Notes under the pieces: generated by a model
Told to the model about the DNA's origin: nothing
What the model saw: the letters and a program-made list of their open reading frames with translations, nothing else
Database searches by the model: none
In this document: positions 21,128 through 30,210 of the stretch, piece after piece
Position numbering within the stretch: position 1 is the first letter of the stretch
How the letters are laid out: the number at the start of each line of letters is the position of its first letter
Source of the DNA: Alphaproteobacteria bacterium
Lineage (GTDB): Bacteria; Pseudomonadota; Alphaproteobacteria; CALKHQ01
Reading direction: 5' to 3'
Assembly (NCBI GenBank): GCA_965227515.1
Contig: CBDDFZ010000001.1
Coordinates: forward strand, 224,001 to 288,000
Length of the DNA: 64,000 nucleotides
Position numbers and translations under genes: made by a program

Positions 21128-22534
21128 ATGTCATTCGCCGCACCTGTCGTGCCGCACGTGGCCATGGGCCAGGATGTTCTGGACGCGCTGGCCAGCCTGC
21201 TTGGCGACCGGCTGACCACGTCGGAGGCGGTCCGCCGTCAGCACGGCAAGGACGAGTCCTTCCATCCGGCGGTCGCGCCGGAAGCGGTGGCGTTCGCACA
21301 GTCGACCGAGGAGGTGGCCACGATCGTGCGCATCTGCGCCGACCACGGCGTGGCGGTGGTCCCGTTCGGCGTCGGCACGTCGCTGGAGGGCCATGTGGCG
21401 GCGCTGAAGGGCGGCGTGTGCATTGACCTGAGCCAGATGAACCGCGTGCTGGAGGTCAACGAGAGCGACCTGGACTGCCGGGTGCAGGCCGGGGTCACGC
21501 GCAAGCAGCTCAACGCCTATCTGCGCGACACCGGCCTTTTCTTCCCCATCGACCCCGGCGCGGACGCCACCATCGGCGGGATGACCGCCACACGCGCCTC
21601 GGGCACCAACGCGGTGCGCTACGGCACCATGCGCGAGAACGTGCTGGGGCTGACGGTGGTGATGGCGGACGGCCGGATCGTGCGCACCGGTGGGCGCGCG
21701 CGCAAATCAGCCGCCGGCTACGACCTGACGCGGCTGCTGGTCGGCTCGGAGGGCACGCTCGGCGTGATCACCGAGATACAACTGCGCCTCTACGGGATGC
21801 CGGAAGCCATGTCGGCTGCGGTCTGCGCGTTCGAAGACCTGGCCGGCGCCGTCGACACGGTGATCGCCACCATCCAATCGGGCATTCCGGTGGCCCGGGT
21901 CGAACTGCTGGACAGCGTGCAGATGGGTGCCGTGATCGCCCATTCCAAGCTGGATGGCTATCGCGCCGCCGACACCCTGCTGTTCGAGTTCCACGGCAGC
22001 GAGGCCAGCGTCAGGGAACAGGCCGAGGCGGTCGGCGAGATCGCGCAAGCGCATGGCGGCACCGGGTTCCAGTGGGCCACGCGGGCGGAGGATCGCAACC
22101 GGCTGTGGCAGGCCCGGCATGATGCCTACTACGCCGCGCTGTCGTTGCGCCCGGGCGCCAAGGGCTGGGCCACCGATGTGTGCGTGCCGATCTCCAGGCT
22201 GGCCGAGTGCATCGTCGAGACCAAGCGCGATGTCGACGCGCTTGGCGTGATGGCGCCGATCGTGGGGCATGTCGGCGACGGCAATTTCCACATGACCTAC
22301 CTGATCGATCCCGACAATGACGACGAAATGGTGCGGGCCGGCGAGGTCAACGACCGGATGATTGCACGCGCGCTGGCGATGGGCGGCACCTGCACCGGCG
22401 AGCACGGCGTCGGCTATGGAAAGCTCGACCACCTGGTCGAAGAACAGGGCGACGCAGTGGACGTGATGCGCGCTGTGAAACAGGCGCTGGACCCCCAAAA
22501 CATCATGAATCCAGGCAAGATCCTCCGGATGTAG
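21128..22534 (+). CDS. FAD-linked oxidase, D-lactate dehydrogenase (cytochrome)/GlcD family
   Basis: PFGVGTSLEG, DPGADATIGG, GSEGTLG, GHVGDGNFH, GEHGVG, NIMNPGK. Confidence 0.9.
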   Translation: MSFAAPVVPHVAMGQDVLDALASLLGDRLTTSEAVRRQHGKDESFHPAVAPEAVAFAQSTEEVATIVRICADHGVAVVPFGVGTSLEGHVAALKGGVCIDLSQMNRVLEVNESDLDCRVQAGVTRKQLNAYLRDTGLFFPIDPGADATIGGMTATRASGTNAVRYGTMRENVLGLTVVMADGRIVRTGGRARKSAAGYDLTRLLVGSEGTLGVITEIQLRLYGMPEAMSAAVCAFEDLAGAVDTVIATIQSGIPVARVELLDSVQMGAVIAHSKLDGYRAADTLLFEFHGSEASVREQAEAVGEIAQAHGGTGFQWATRAEDRNRLWQARHDAYYAALSLRPGAKGWATDVCVPISRLAECIVETKRDVDALGVMAPIVGHVGDGNFHMTYLIDPDNDDEMVRAGEVNDRMIARALAMGGTCTGEHGVGYGKLDHLVEEQGDAVDVMRAVKQALDPQNIMNPGKILRM

Positions 22535-22595
22535 AGGCCACTGCGCCGTTGTCCTTATGCACACACGCTGCTGGGCACTTGGCGGGTGTGTGACT

Positions 22596-22623
22596 TTTTG
22601 TTGTCAATACAATGACAACAAAA
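22596..22623. other. Perfect 11-bp inverted repeat TTTTGTTGTCA-N6-TGACAACAAAA between convergent genes
   Basis: Read directly from the sequence; function (operator, terminator or other site) unknown. Confidence 0.6.
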
Positions 22624-22814
22624 GTAAACACCGGCATCTCGTTGATTCTAAAGATATTTTGGCCGCAGACAGCATCACGGCGCTGTCATCAAAGGTTCAG
22701 GCGGCAGCGTCGCGACGCGGCGTAGACCGTTGAAATGCCGCCGCTCGCGCGATCATCAACAGACTTATCCACAGCCCCGCGTGGGCAATTTTCACCGCTT
22801 GCCGCACGGCCGCC

Positions 22815-23588
22815 CTATGCGGCGCTGCTGGGCCGGCTGGCGCGCCGCCGCACCAGCATGTTGAGTGCCTCCACGAAGGCCGCGAACGCCATCGCCGCGT
22901 AGATGTAGCCCTTCGGCACGTGCACGCCGAACCCATCGGCGATCAGCACCATGCCGATCATCAGCAAGAAGGCGAGCGCCAGCATCACCACGGTCGGGTT
23001 GTTGTTGACGAAGCTCGCCACCGGGCCTGCGGCGGCGAACATCACCGCGACCGCGATGACGACCGCGACCACCATGATCGGCAGGTGAGTGGTCATGCCG
23101 ATGGCGGTCAGGATGCTGTCCAGCGAGAACACGATGTCGAGCGCGATGACCTGCACGATCACCACTGTGAACCCCGTGGTCGCCGCCGAGGCGACGTTGC
23201 CGCCCAGGCCTTCGCCCGGTTGCATCTTGTGGTGGATTTCCGTCGTCGCCTTCCACACCAGGAAAAGGCCGCCGCCGATCAGGATCAGGTCGCGCCAGGA
23301 AAACGCGGTCTCGAAGACCGGCTTGCCCTCGTCGCCGGAGACCGACCAGCCCAGGTCGAAGATCGGGGCGGTCAGGCCGACCAGCCAGGCGATGATGGAC
23401 AACAGGGCCAGGCGCAGCACCAGGGCCAACCCGATGCCGATCCGCCGCGCCGTAGGGCGCCGATGTGCCGGCAGCTTGTTGGTAACGATGGAGATGAAGA
23501 TGAGGTTGTCGATACCGAGCACGATTTCCATCGTGACCAGGGCGATCAGAGCCGCCCAGCCTTCGGCGGTAAGGAAAACGTCAAGCAC
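22815..23588 (-). CDS. TerC family integral membrane protein
   Basis: [31 protein letters not shown]. Confidence 0.93.
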   Translation of the reverse strand: MLDVFLTAEGWAALIALVTMEIVLGIDNLIFISIVTNKLPAHRRPTARRIGIGLALVLRLALLSIIAWLVGLTAPIFDLGWSVSGDEGKPVFETAFSWRDLILIGGGLFLVWKATTEIHHKMQPGEGLGGNVASAATTGFTVVIVQVIALDIVFSLDSILTAIGMTTHLPIMVVAVVIAVAVMFAAAGPVASFVNNNPTVVMLALAFLLMIGMVLIADGFGVHVPKGYIYAAMAFAAFVEALNMLVRRRASRPSSAA

Positions 23589-23679
23589 CGTTATGGAATC
23601 CTTGGTTGGCGGTTCGCCTTAGAACATCGCTGACAGATGCGCTCGCCATGGCGTCCACGCAAGTGCTACACGGATCGGT

Positions 23680-24459
23680 ATGAGTGAAACTCCCGGTACT
23701 GCGGACGACTTTGCTGAGAAGACGCGGAACCCCTTCAACGCCGGGGGCGCCGACTATGCCCGCCACCGCCCCACCTATCCGCCTGAATTGGCGGGCTTCC
23801 TCGCCGGCCTGTGCGACAGGCCGGACCACGCACTGGATGTGGGCTGCGGCAGCGGCCAGTTGTCCTGCCTGCTGGCGACCGTGTTCGCGCGCGTCACCGC
23901 CACCGACCCAAGTGCCGACCAGCTTGCCAGCGCCACCGCGTGCCCCGGCGTCACCTACCGTGTCGGCGCCGCCGAGCGGATCGACCTGGACGATGCTTCG
24001 GTGGACCTGGTGACCGCCGCCCAGGCTGCCCACTGGTTCGACCACACACGTTTCTATGCAGAAATCCGCCGGGTCGTGCGGCCCGGCGGCGGCATCGCCC
24101 TTGTGTCCTATGGCGTGCCCGAGATGGACGGCGATGTGGGCGCACGGCTGCACCGCTTCTACTGGGACGAGATCCATGACCATTGGCCGGACGAGCGCAG
24201 GCATGTGGAGAACGGCTATCGCAGCATAGCGTTCCCGTTTGCCGAGCAGGCGCCGCCGGACCTGGCCATCGTGCGCGAATGGCGCCTGGAGGACCTGGCA
24301 GGCTATGTGGGCACCTGGTCGGCGGTGCGCCGTGCGACCGCCGCGGGCGCGCACGCGCTGGTGGGCAGTTTCCTCGACGATCTTAATAAAGTGTGGGGCG
24401 CGCCAGAGCGAGTGCGCCGAATTGCCTGGCCAGTCAATGTGCGGTCGGCACGACTGTAA
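23680..24459 (+). CDS. Class I SAM-dependent methyltransferase
   Basis: YARHRPTYP, LDVGCGSGQ, AAQAAHWF. Confidence 0.9.
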   Translation: MSETPGTADDFAEKTRNPFNAGGADYARHRPTYPPELAGFLAGLCDRPDHALDVGCGSGQLSCLLATVFARVTATDPSADQLASATACPGVTYRVGAAERIDLDDASVDLVTAAQAAHWFDHTRFYAEIRRVVRPGGGIALVSYGVPEMDGDVGARLHRFYWDEIHDHWPDERRHVENGYRSIAFPFAEQAPPDLAIVREWRLEDLAGYVGTWSAVRRATAAGAHALVGSFLDDLNKVWGAPERVRRIAWPVNVRSARL

Positions 24460-24595
24460 CGCGTATGTGTATGCTTGATATTTGTCGAAATCGACGCAAG
24501 TACGTTACGATCCGGATTGCTTTTTTGGGAAAGCTGCCCACTAATTGTACCGAATGGTATCGAAAGAATTGCGACTATTGCGAACGGATAGAAGA

Positions 24596-26287
24596 ATGAA
24601 ACCGGATCGCAAACTCGTTGAACGCCACGTCGATAAGATCCTCGGCAACCCAGACTTTCCCACCGGGCGGCAAATGGTCGCCTTGCTGCATTATCTGGTC
24701 GACGCGGAACTTTCCGACGATACCGAGCGGGTCAAGGGATATGCCATCGGCGTCGACGTGTTCGGGCGCGACGCGTCGTTCGATCCGAACTCCGATGCCA
24801 TCGTGCGCGTGCAGGTCGGGCGGCTGAGAAAGGCGCTGGACTACTACTATGCGACCGCGGGGGCCGCCGATCCGATCCGCATCGACATCCCCAAGGGCAG
24901 CTACCGCGTCACGTTCGAGACGAGCGACGCCGTCGACGACGCGGAGCAGACACACGGTGCGGCGCCGGACGACGAGGCAGCCCGGCGCGGGGACGAACCT
25001 TCGGGACACCAAGCGGCGCCAGAAACCCGAACGCCGGTCTTCATGCATAATGCGATCGCGGTTGGCGTGATGCCGTTTGCCGCGCTGACCGGCGACCCCG
25101 ATCAGGTGGCGTTTGCCGACAGCCTGTCGGACGAGTTGACGACGAGCCTGGCACGGATCAAGGCGCTGTCGCTGGCGCCAAGATCGTCGATGTTCCAGTT
25201 CCGCGAACCGACCGATCTGCGCAAGGTGGGCAAGAAACTCGGCGTGCGTTACCTGGTCGACGGCAGCGTGCGCGAGATCGGCGGCCGTCTGAGGGTCAGC
25301 ATCCAGCTCATCGACACCGAGACCGGCGCCCATGTCTGGGCGCAACAGTACAACCGGTTGATGCAGGACGTATTCGACGTCCAGGACGACCTCGTCGCCA
25401 GCATCGTGATGGAGTTGCGCAGTCGGGTCTATGCGGCGGCCCGCAGGGCGCTGGCGCAGGGCGACCCGGAAACCTGGACGCCCTGGGAACTCTACCTTGC
25501 CGCCACCTGGACGCCCGAGGAGGGTGTCAAGAGCCTGGCGAGTGAGCACGAGCATGTCGACATGGCGCGCCGCGCCCTCGCTCTGGCCCCGGGGTTCGGC
25601 CAGGCCCATTCGGTGATGGCGGAGGCGCTGTCATATCTGGCGTGCGTCGACCCGAAATCGGATACCAGCCAGCAGTGGGCCGAGGCCGCCCGCCATGCCC
25701 GGCTGGCGATCGAGAAGGACCCGACCGACGCCGACGTCGTGTTCAATGTCTCGGCCTACTATTGGCATGCCGGACGGATTGCCGACGCGATCAGCAGCAC
25801 CCGCCGGACGCTGGATCTGGAGCCGCACCACATGCTGGCGCGGTTCATGTCTCGCGCGCTGCCGTACGCCGCGTCCCATGTTCCGGACACCATCATCCAC
25901 GAGCTTGAGCAGTTCCTGGCCGATCTGGCGCCGGACAACGTCGCCCGCTGGGTGCCGCTGACCTGGCTCAGCCTGCTGAGCTTGAACAACGACGACTTCG
26001 CCAAGGCGGCGGAATACGGCTGGCGCACCCACGAGATCTACAAGACGCCCGATACACGCTACCGGCTGTGCGCATCGCTGGTTCAGCTCGGCGATACCGA
26101 CGCGGCGGTGGAACTGATCGACGAGGCCCGCGACGACTGGCCGACCTTCGACCTGCATCACTACGCGCGCGTCACCATCCCACGGCGCCGCGCCGGCGGC
26201 CCGGCCACCGCTCGCCTGGTCGAGCTGTTCACCAAGCTGGCCGATGTCTACAAGAGCCAATCGCGCTACGTCCTGCGGGTGGTCTGA
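24596..26287 (+). CDS. wHTH-like / TolB-N-like / TPR protein, paralogue 1
   Basis: FDPNSDAIVRVQVGRLRKAL..YY...IDIPKGSY N-domain; VGVMPF...LGVRYLVDGSVR...VFDVQDD; helical repeats. Confidence 0.8.
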   Translation: MKPDRKLVERHVDKILGNPDFPTGRQMVALLHYLVDAELSDDTERVKGYAIGVDVFGRDASFDPNSDAIVRVQVGRLRKALDYYYATAGAADPIRIDIPKGSYRVTFETSDAVDDAEQTHGAAPDDEAARRGDEPSGHQAAPETRTPVFMHNAIAVGVMPFAALTGDPDQVAFADSLSDELTTSLARIKALSLAPRSSMFQFREPTDLRKVGKKLGVRYLVDGSVREIGGRLRVSIQLIDTETGAHVWAQQYNRLMQDVFDVQDDLVASIVMELRSRVYAAARRALAQGDPETWTPWELYLAATWTPEEGVKSLASEHEHVDMARRALALAPGFGQAHSVMAEALSYLACVDPKSDTSQQWAEAARHARLAIEKDPTDADVVFNVSAYYWHAGRIADAISSTRRTLDLEPHHMLARFMSRALPYAASHVPDTIIHELEQFLADLAPDNVARWVPLTWLSLLSLNNDDFAKAAEYGWRTHEIYKTPDTRYRLCASLVQLGDTDAAVELIDEARDDWPTFDLHHYARVTIPRRRAGGPATARLVELFTKLADVYKSQSRYVLRVV

Positions 26288-26369
26288 CATATTCTTACAT
26301 CGGCCAAAATGTGGCACGGCTGCACGGTGGGATCACCACGCGCTGGCAAGTCATGCGACGCGCAATGCG

Positions 26370-26429
26370 ACTTTGCGAACTATTCGCAAAGTAATCGACA
26401 ACTGCGACTCTGCAATTAATTGTCGCAGT
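26370..26429. promoter_or_regulatory. Pair of palindromes upstream of paralogue 2
   Basis: ACTTTGCGAA-N3-TTCGCAAAGT (26370-26392) and ACTGCGAC-N13-GTCGCAGT (26401-26429). Confidence 0.5.
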
Positions 26430-26511
26430 GGCGTTGCGTTTCTCTCGTCAGGCCACAAGTTAGGCATTATCCTCACGGCGCAGGCGGTCGTGCAGCGCAA
26501 GGATTATATGA

Positions 26512-28161
26512 TTGGCGCCAAATCCAAAGCTGGTTGAGCGTTATGTCCAAAAGATTCTGGCCACACTGGAATTTCCCAGTGGCGGACAGTTGGTTGCGTT
26601 GTTGCGCTATCTGGTCGATGCCGAGCTGGAGGGTAAGTCCGATCGGGTGAAGGGCTACTCGATCGGGGTCGACGTGCTGGGCCGCGATTCGTCGTTCGAT
26701 CCTAATTCCGATGCCATCGTGCGGGTGCAGGTCGGCCGGCTGCGAAAGGCGCTCAACTACTACTACGCCACTGTCGGGGCGAACGATCGGATCCGCATCG
26801 AGATACCCAAGGGGGCCTATCGCGCGGTCTTCACCGAGGTCGACGCCGGCGAGGCCGAGCCGGCGCGGGGCGATGCGGGCGACGAACCCGTGGATCGGAG
26901 CACCGATCGGGTGTTCGCGACCGATGCCATCACGGTCGGTGTCATGCCGTTCATGGCGTTGACGGGCGAGCCCGACAAGAGTGCGTTCGCTGACGCCTTA
27001 TCCGACAGCCTGACGACCATGCTTGCGCGCGCGCGCTCGCTGGCACTGGCGCCGCGATCTTCGACATTCCAGTTTCGCGATCCCACCGATCTGCGCCGGG
27101 TCGGCGAGGCATTGAATGTGCGATACATCGTAGACGGCACGGTGCGCCAGATGGGAAAGCAGCTGCGCGTGAACGTGCAACTGATCGATGCCGTGAGCCT
27201 GCGCCACCTTTGGGCACATCAGTATGACCGGACGGTCGAGGACCTGTTCGCGGTTCAGGACGATCTGGTCACCCATATGGCAGCGGAACTGCGCATGCGC
27301 CTCTACATAGCCGCCAAGCAGGCCGTGCGAAATCAGTCCGACGACACATACAACGCCTGGGACCTTTTCATCCAGTCAAGCTGGACCCCGGACGAGCGTA
27401 TCAACTCGCTGAAACAGGAACTGGAGCACGTGGACCAGGCCCGCCGCGCGCTCGAACTGGACCCGAGGTCGGGCAAGGCTCATTCCGTCCTCGCTGAGAA
27501 GATGGCCTACTTGGCCAATGTCGATCCGGAATCGGACACGCCTGCGAAGCTTGCCGAGGCGCACAGCCACGGGCGCCGTGCGATAGAACTGGAGCCGGCG
27601 GATGCGGATGTCGTCTTCAACGTGTTGGTCCACCATTGGCATTCGGGACGGTTGGACGCGGCCATCTCGGCGGCCCGGCGGACGTTGGAACTTGAGCCGA
27701 CACATCTGGTTGCGCGCATCCTGGAAATGACCATCCCGTACACGTCGGCCCCCGCGCCGCCGGGCCTGTTCGAAGAATTGCACGCCCTCGGCGCCGACAT
27801 CGCGCCGGACAACGCCGCGCGCTGGGTGCTGATGACGTGGATCTGCCGGCTGCACCTCAATGACGCCAACTACGAGCCCGCCGTCGAGTACGGCTGGCGC
27901 ACTCACGAAATCTATGCGACGCCGGACACCCGAAATCGGCTGTGCGCCGCCCTGGTGCAACTGGGCGACGCCGATACCGCCGTGGAGTTGATCGACCAAG
28001 CGCGCGAGGACTGGCCCACGTTCGACCTCTATCACTATGCCAATGTCGCAACGCCACGCCGCCACGGCGCCGGTCCGACGGCCCAGCATCTCGTCCGCCT
28101 GTACCGGGATCTGGCCGATGCGTACAAGGCCCAGTCGCGCTTCGTGCTCAGGGTCGTCTGA
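26512..28161 (+). CDS. wHTH-like / TolB-N-like / TPR protein, paralogue 2
   Basis: Colinear with paralogue 1 from N- to C-terminus; TTG start. Confidence 0.8.
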   Translation: MAPNPKLVERYVQKILATLEFPSGGQLVALLRYLVDAELEGKSDRVKGYSIGVDVLGRDSSFDPNSDAIVRVQVGRLRKALNYYYATVGANDRIRIEIPKGAYRAVFTEVDAGEAEPARGDAGDEPVDRSTDRVFATDAITVGVMPFMALTGEPDKSAFADALSDSLTTMLARARSLALAPRSSTFQFRDPTDLRRVGEALNVRYIVDGTVRQMGKQLRVNVQLIDAVSLRHLWAHQYDRTVEDLFAVQDDLVTHMAAELRMRLYIAAKQAVRNQSDDTYNAWDLFIQSSWTPDERINSLKQELEHVDQARRALELDPRSGKAHSVLAEKMAYLANVDPESDTPAKLAEAHSHGRRAIELEPADADVVFNVLVHHWHSGRLDAAISAARRTLELEPTHLVARILEMTIPYTSAPAPPGLFEELHALGADIAPDNAARWVLMTWICRLHLNDANYEPAVEYGWRTHEIYATPDTRNRLCAALVQLGDADTAVELIDQAREDWPTFDLYHYANVATPRRHGAGPTAQHLVRLYRDLADAYKAQSRFVLRVV

Positions 28162-28345
28162 ATCCAGCCACGCCCCGCAAGGACATGGCCGGCGTGCATT
28201 TTTCACCAGTCATTCTACCGCACATTAGTGTCTGCCCAGGCGCGACGATCAATTGACATCGTGCCGTTGCGTTTTGCTCGCCATGCCACACATAATGCTC
28301 CACGTCCCTGCGGCGTTGGTAGTCGCGCTACGTGTGGATTGGTTA

Positions 28346-29995
28346 GTGCCGCCAGATCGGAAGCTGGTTGAGCGTCAAATTGCCAACATCACAGCGAGTC
28401 CCGGCTTTCGCAGCGGCCGCCAGTTGTCGGCGTTGCTTGAGTACCTGGTTGACGCAGAGCTCAGCGGCGATGGCGAACGTGTGAAGGGCTACGCGATCGG
28501 GGTGAACGCACTGGGCCGCGACCCGTCGTTCGATCCAAGCACGGACGCGATCGTGCGCGTCCAAGTCGGTCGACTGCGAAGCGCGCTCGACTACTACTAC
28601 GCCACAACAGGCGTCAACAACCCGATCCGCATCGACATCCCGAAGGGCGCCAACCGCGTGACCTTCGCCGCAGTGGACGCCGCCGACACCAAGCCTGGCG
28701 GTGCAGCAGCCGGTAACGATGGCTCACCGCAGCCAGCCGAACGCGTATTCACGTCCGACGGCATTACGGTCGCCGTGAAGCCGTTCCTCAGCCTGTCCGG
28801 CGATCCGAAGGACACCGGCTTCGCCGATGCCCTGTCGGACAGCCTGACGTCGGCGCTTGCGCGTACAAAATCGTTGATGCTGACGCCGCGCGCGTCGACG
28901 TTCCAGTTCCGCGACCCTGCCGACTTGCGCCATGTTGCCGAGAGACTGGGTGTTCGCTACGTCGTCGATGGCAGCGTGCGCCAACTGGGCAACCAATTGC
29001 GCACGAACGTGCTGTTGTACGACGCCGTCAGCGGGCGCAACCTCTGGGCCCACCACTATGATCGCACCGTCGACGATGTGTTTGCGGTGCATGACGACCT
29101 GGTCACACACATGGCGTCCGAATTGCGGCTACGCCTGTTTGTCGCCGCGTCCAAGGCAATCCGGACCCAATCCGAGGACGCGAGCAACGCCTGGGACCTG
29201 TTCATACAGTCGAGCTGGACACCGGAAGAGCGCGTGAATTCGCTGGAGTCGGAGCTTGCGCATGTGCGGCAGGCCCGTCGCGCGCTGGAGTTGGACCCGT
29301 CGTCGGGCAAGGCCCATTCGTCGTTGGCCGAGAAGATCGCCTATCTGACGTGTGTCGACCCGACGTCGGACACATCGGAAATGCATGCCGAGGCCCAGCA
29401 TCATGCCCGGCGCGCGATAGAGCTGGAGCCGGCTGACGCGGATGTCATCTTCAACGTATCGATCCACCACTGGCGGGAAGGGCGGTTGCAGGCGGCCACT
29501 GCCGCGACCAGGCGTGGGCTGGAATTGGAGCCGACGCACCTGGTGATGCGCATCATGGCAATAACGATCCCATACACAGCGAAGCCCTGCCCGCCGGAGC
29601 TGATCGAGGAACTCCGCGCCATCGAAGCGGACATCGCGCCTGACAATGCAGCCCGCTGGGTGCCCGAGGCGTGGATTTCCCGATTGCAGTTCAACAATGC
29701 GAACTACGAGGCCACGGTCGAGAGCGGCTGGCGCACGCAGGCGATCTACAAGTCTCCCGAAACGCTTTATCGGTTATGTGCGGCGCTGGCGCAGCTCGGC
29801 GACGTCGAGGCTGCGGCAATGCTGATCGACGAGGCGCGTGACCTTTGGCCAACCTACGACCTCTATCACTACGCCAATGTGGTGACCCCGCGCCGTCACG
29901 GCACCGGAAGGACGGCCCAGCGACTGACTCGGCTGTATCGGGAGCTGGCCGACGCCTACGAGGCGCACTCGACCCTGGCGTCCAGCGTCGTTTGA
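28346..29995 (+). CDS. wHTH-like / TolB-N-like / TPR protein, paralogue 3
   Basis: Colinear with paralogues 1 and 2; GTG start chosen by alignment (PPDRKLVER). Confidence 0.78.
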   Translation: MPPDRKLVERQIANITASPGFRSGRQLSALLEYLVDAELSGDGERVKGYAIGVNALGRDPSFDPSTDAIVRVQVGRLRSALDYYYATTGVNNPIRIDIPKGANRVTFAAVDAADTKPGGAAAGNDGSPQPAERVFTSDGITVAVKPFLSLSGDPKDTGFADALSDSLTSALARTKSLMLTPRASTFQFRDPADLRHVAERLGVRYVVDGSVRQLGNQLRTNVLLYDAVSGRNLWAHHYDRTVDDVFAVHDDLVTHMASELRLRLFVAASKAIRTQSEDASNAWDLFIQSSWTPEERVNSLESELAHVRQARRALELDPSSGKAHSSLAEKIAYLTCVDPTSDTSEMHAEAQHHARRAIELEPADADVIFNVSIHHWREGRLQAATAATRRGLELEPTHLVMRIMAITIPYTAKPCPPELIEELRAIEADIAPDNAARWVPEAWISRLQFNNANYEATVESGWRTQAIYKSPETLYRLCAALAQLGDVEAAAMLIDEARDLWPTYDLYHYANVVTPRRHGTGRTAQRLTRLYRELADAYEAHSTLASSVV

Positions 29996-30042
29996 GGACC
30001 CCCGGTCGGATTGCCAGATCCGGATGAGCACATGCTAGATCG

Positions 30043-30158
30043 GGATCAGCTTACGCTGAATCTGCACCAGCCCTCACCCCCACCCGGCCACCCACGAAAG
30101 TATCCTGTCTGGGTGGCCGGGTGGGGGCAAGGGCTGGCGCCGACTGAAATGATCATGC
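30043..30158. repeat. 116-bp hairpin element copy 2
   Basis: Same length, termini and core stem as 13047-13162, different loop. Confidence 0.85.
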
Positions 30159-30210
30159 GCCAGGTCGCTGGCCCTTGCCGCCAAGCCGCCGATCACCCTA
30201 ATTATCCGAT

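Noticed and set aside
22535-22814. Chromosomal oriC or dif site
   Set aside because: Only two DnaA-type boxes, no hemE/dnaA/parAB context, and the palindrome lacks the XerD arm sequence
23589-23679. yybP-ykoY manganese riboswitch upstream of the TerC gene
   Set aside because: The gap is only about 90 bp and the conserved riboswitch motifs were not evident
24596-29995. Calling the TPR triplet adenylate cyclases or STAND/NLR-like defence proteins
   Set aside because: No class III cyclase domain and no Walker A/B NTPase motif visible
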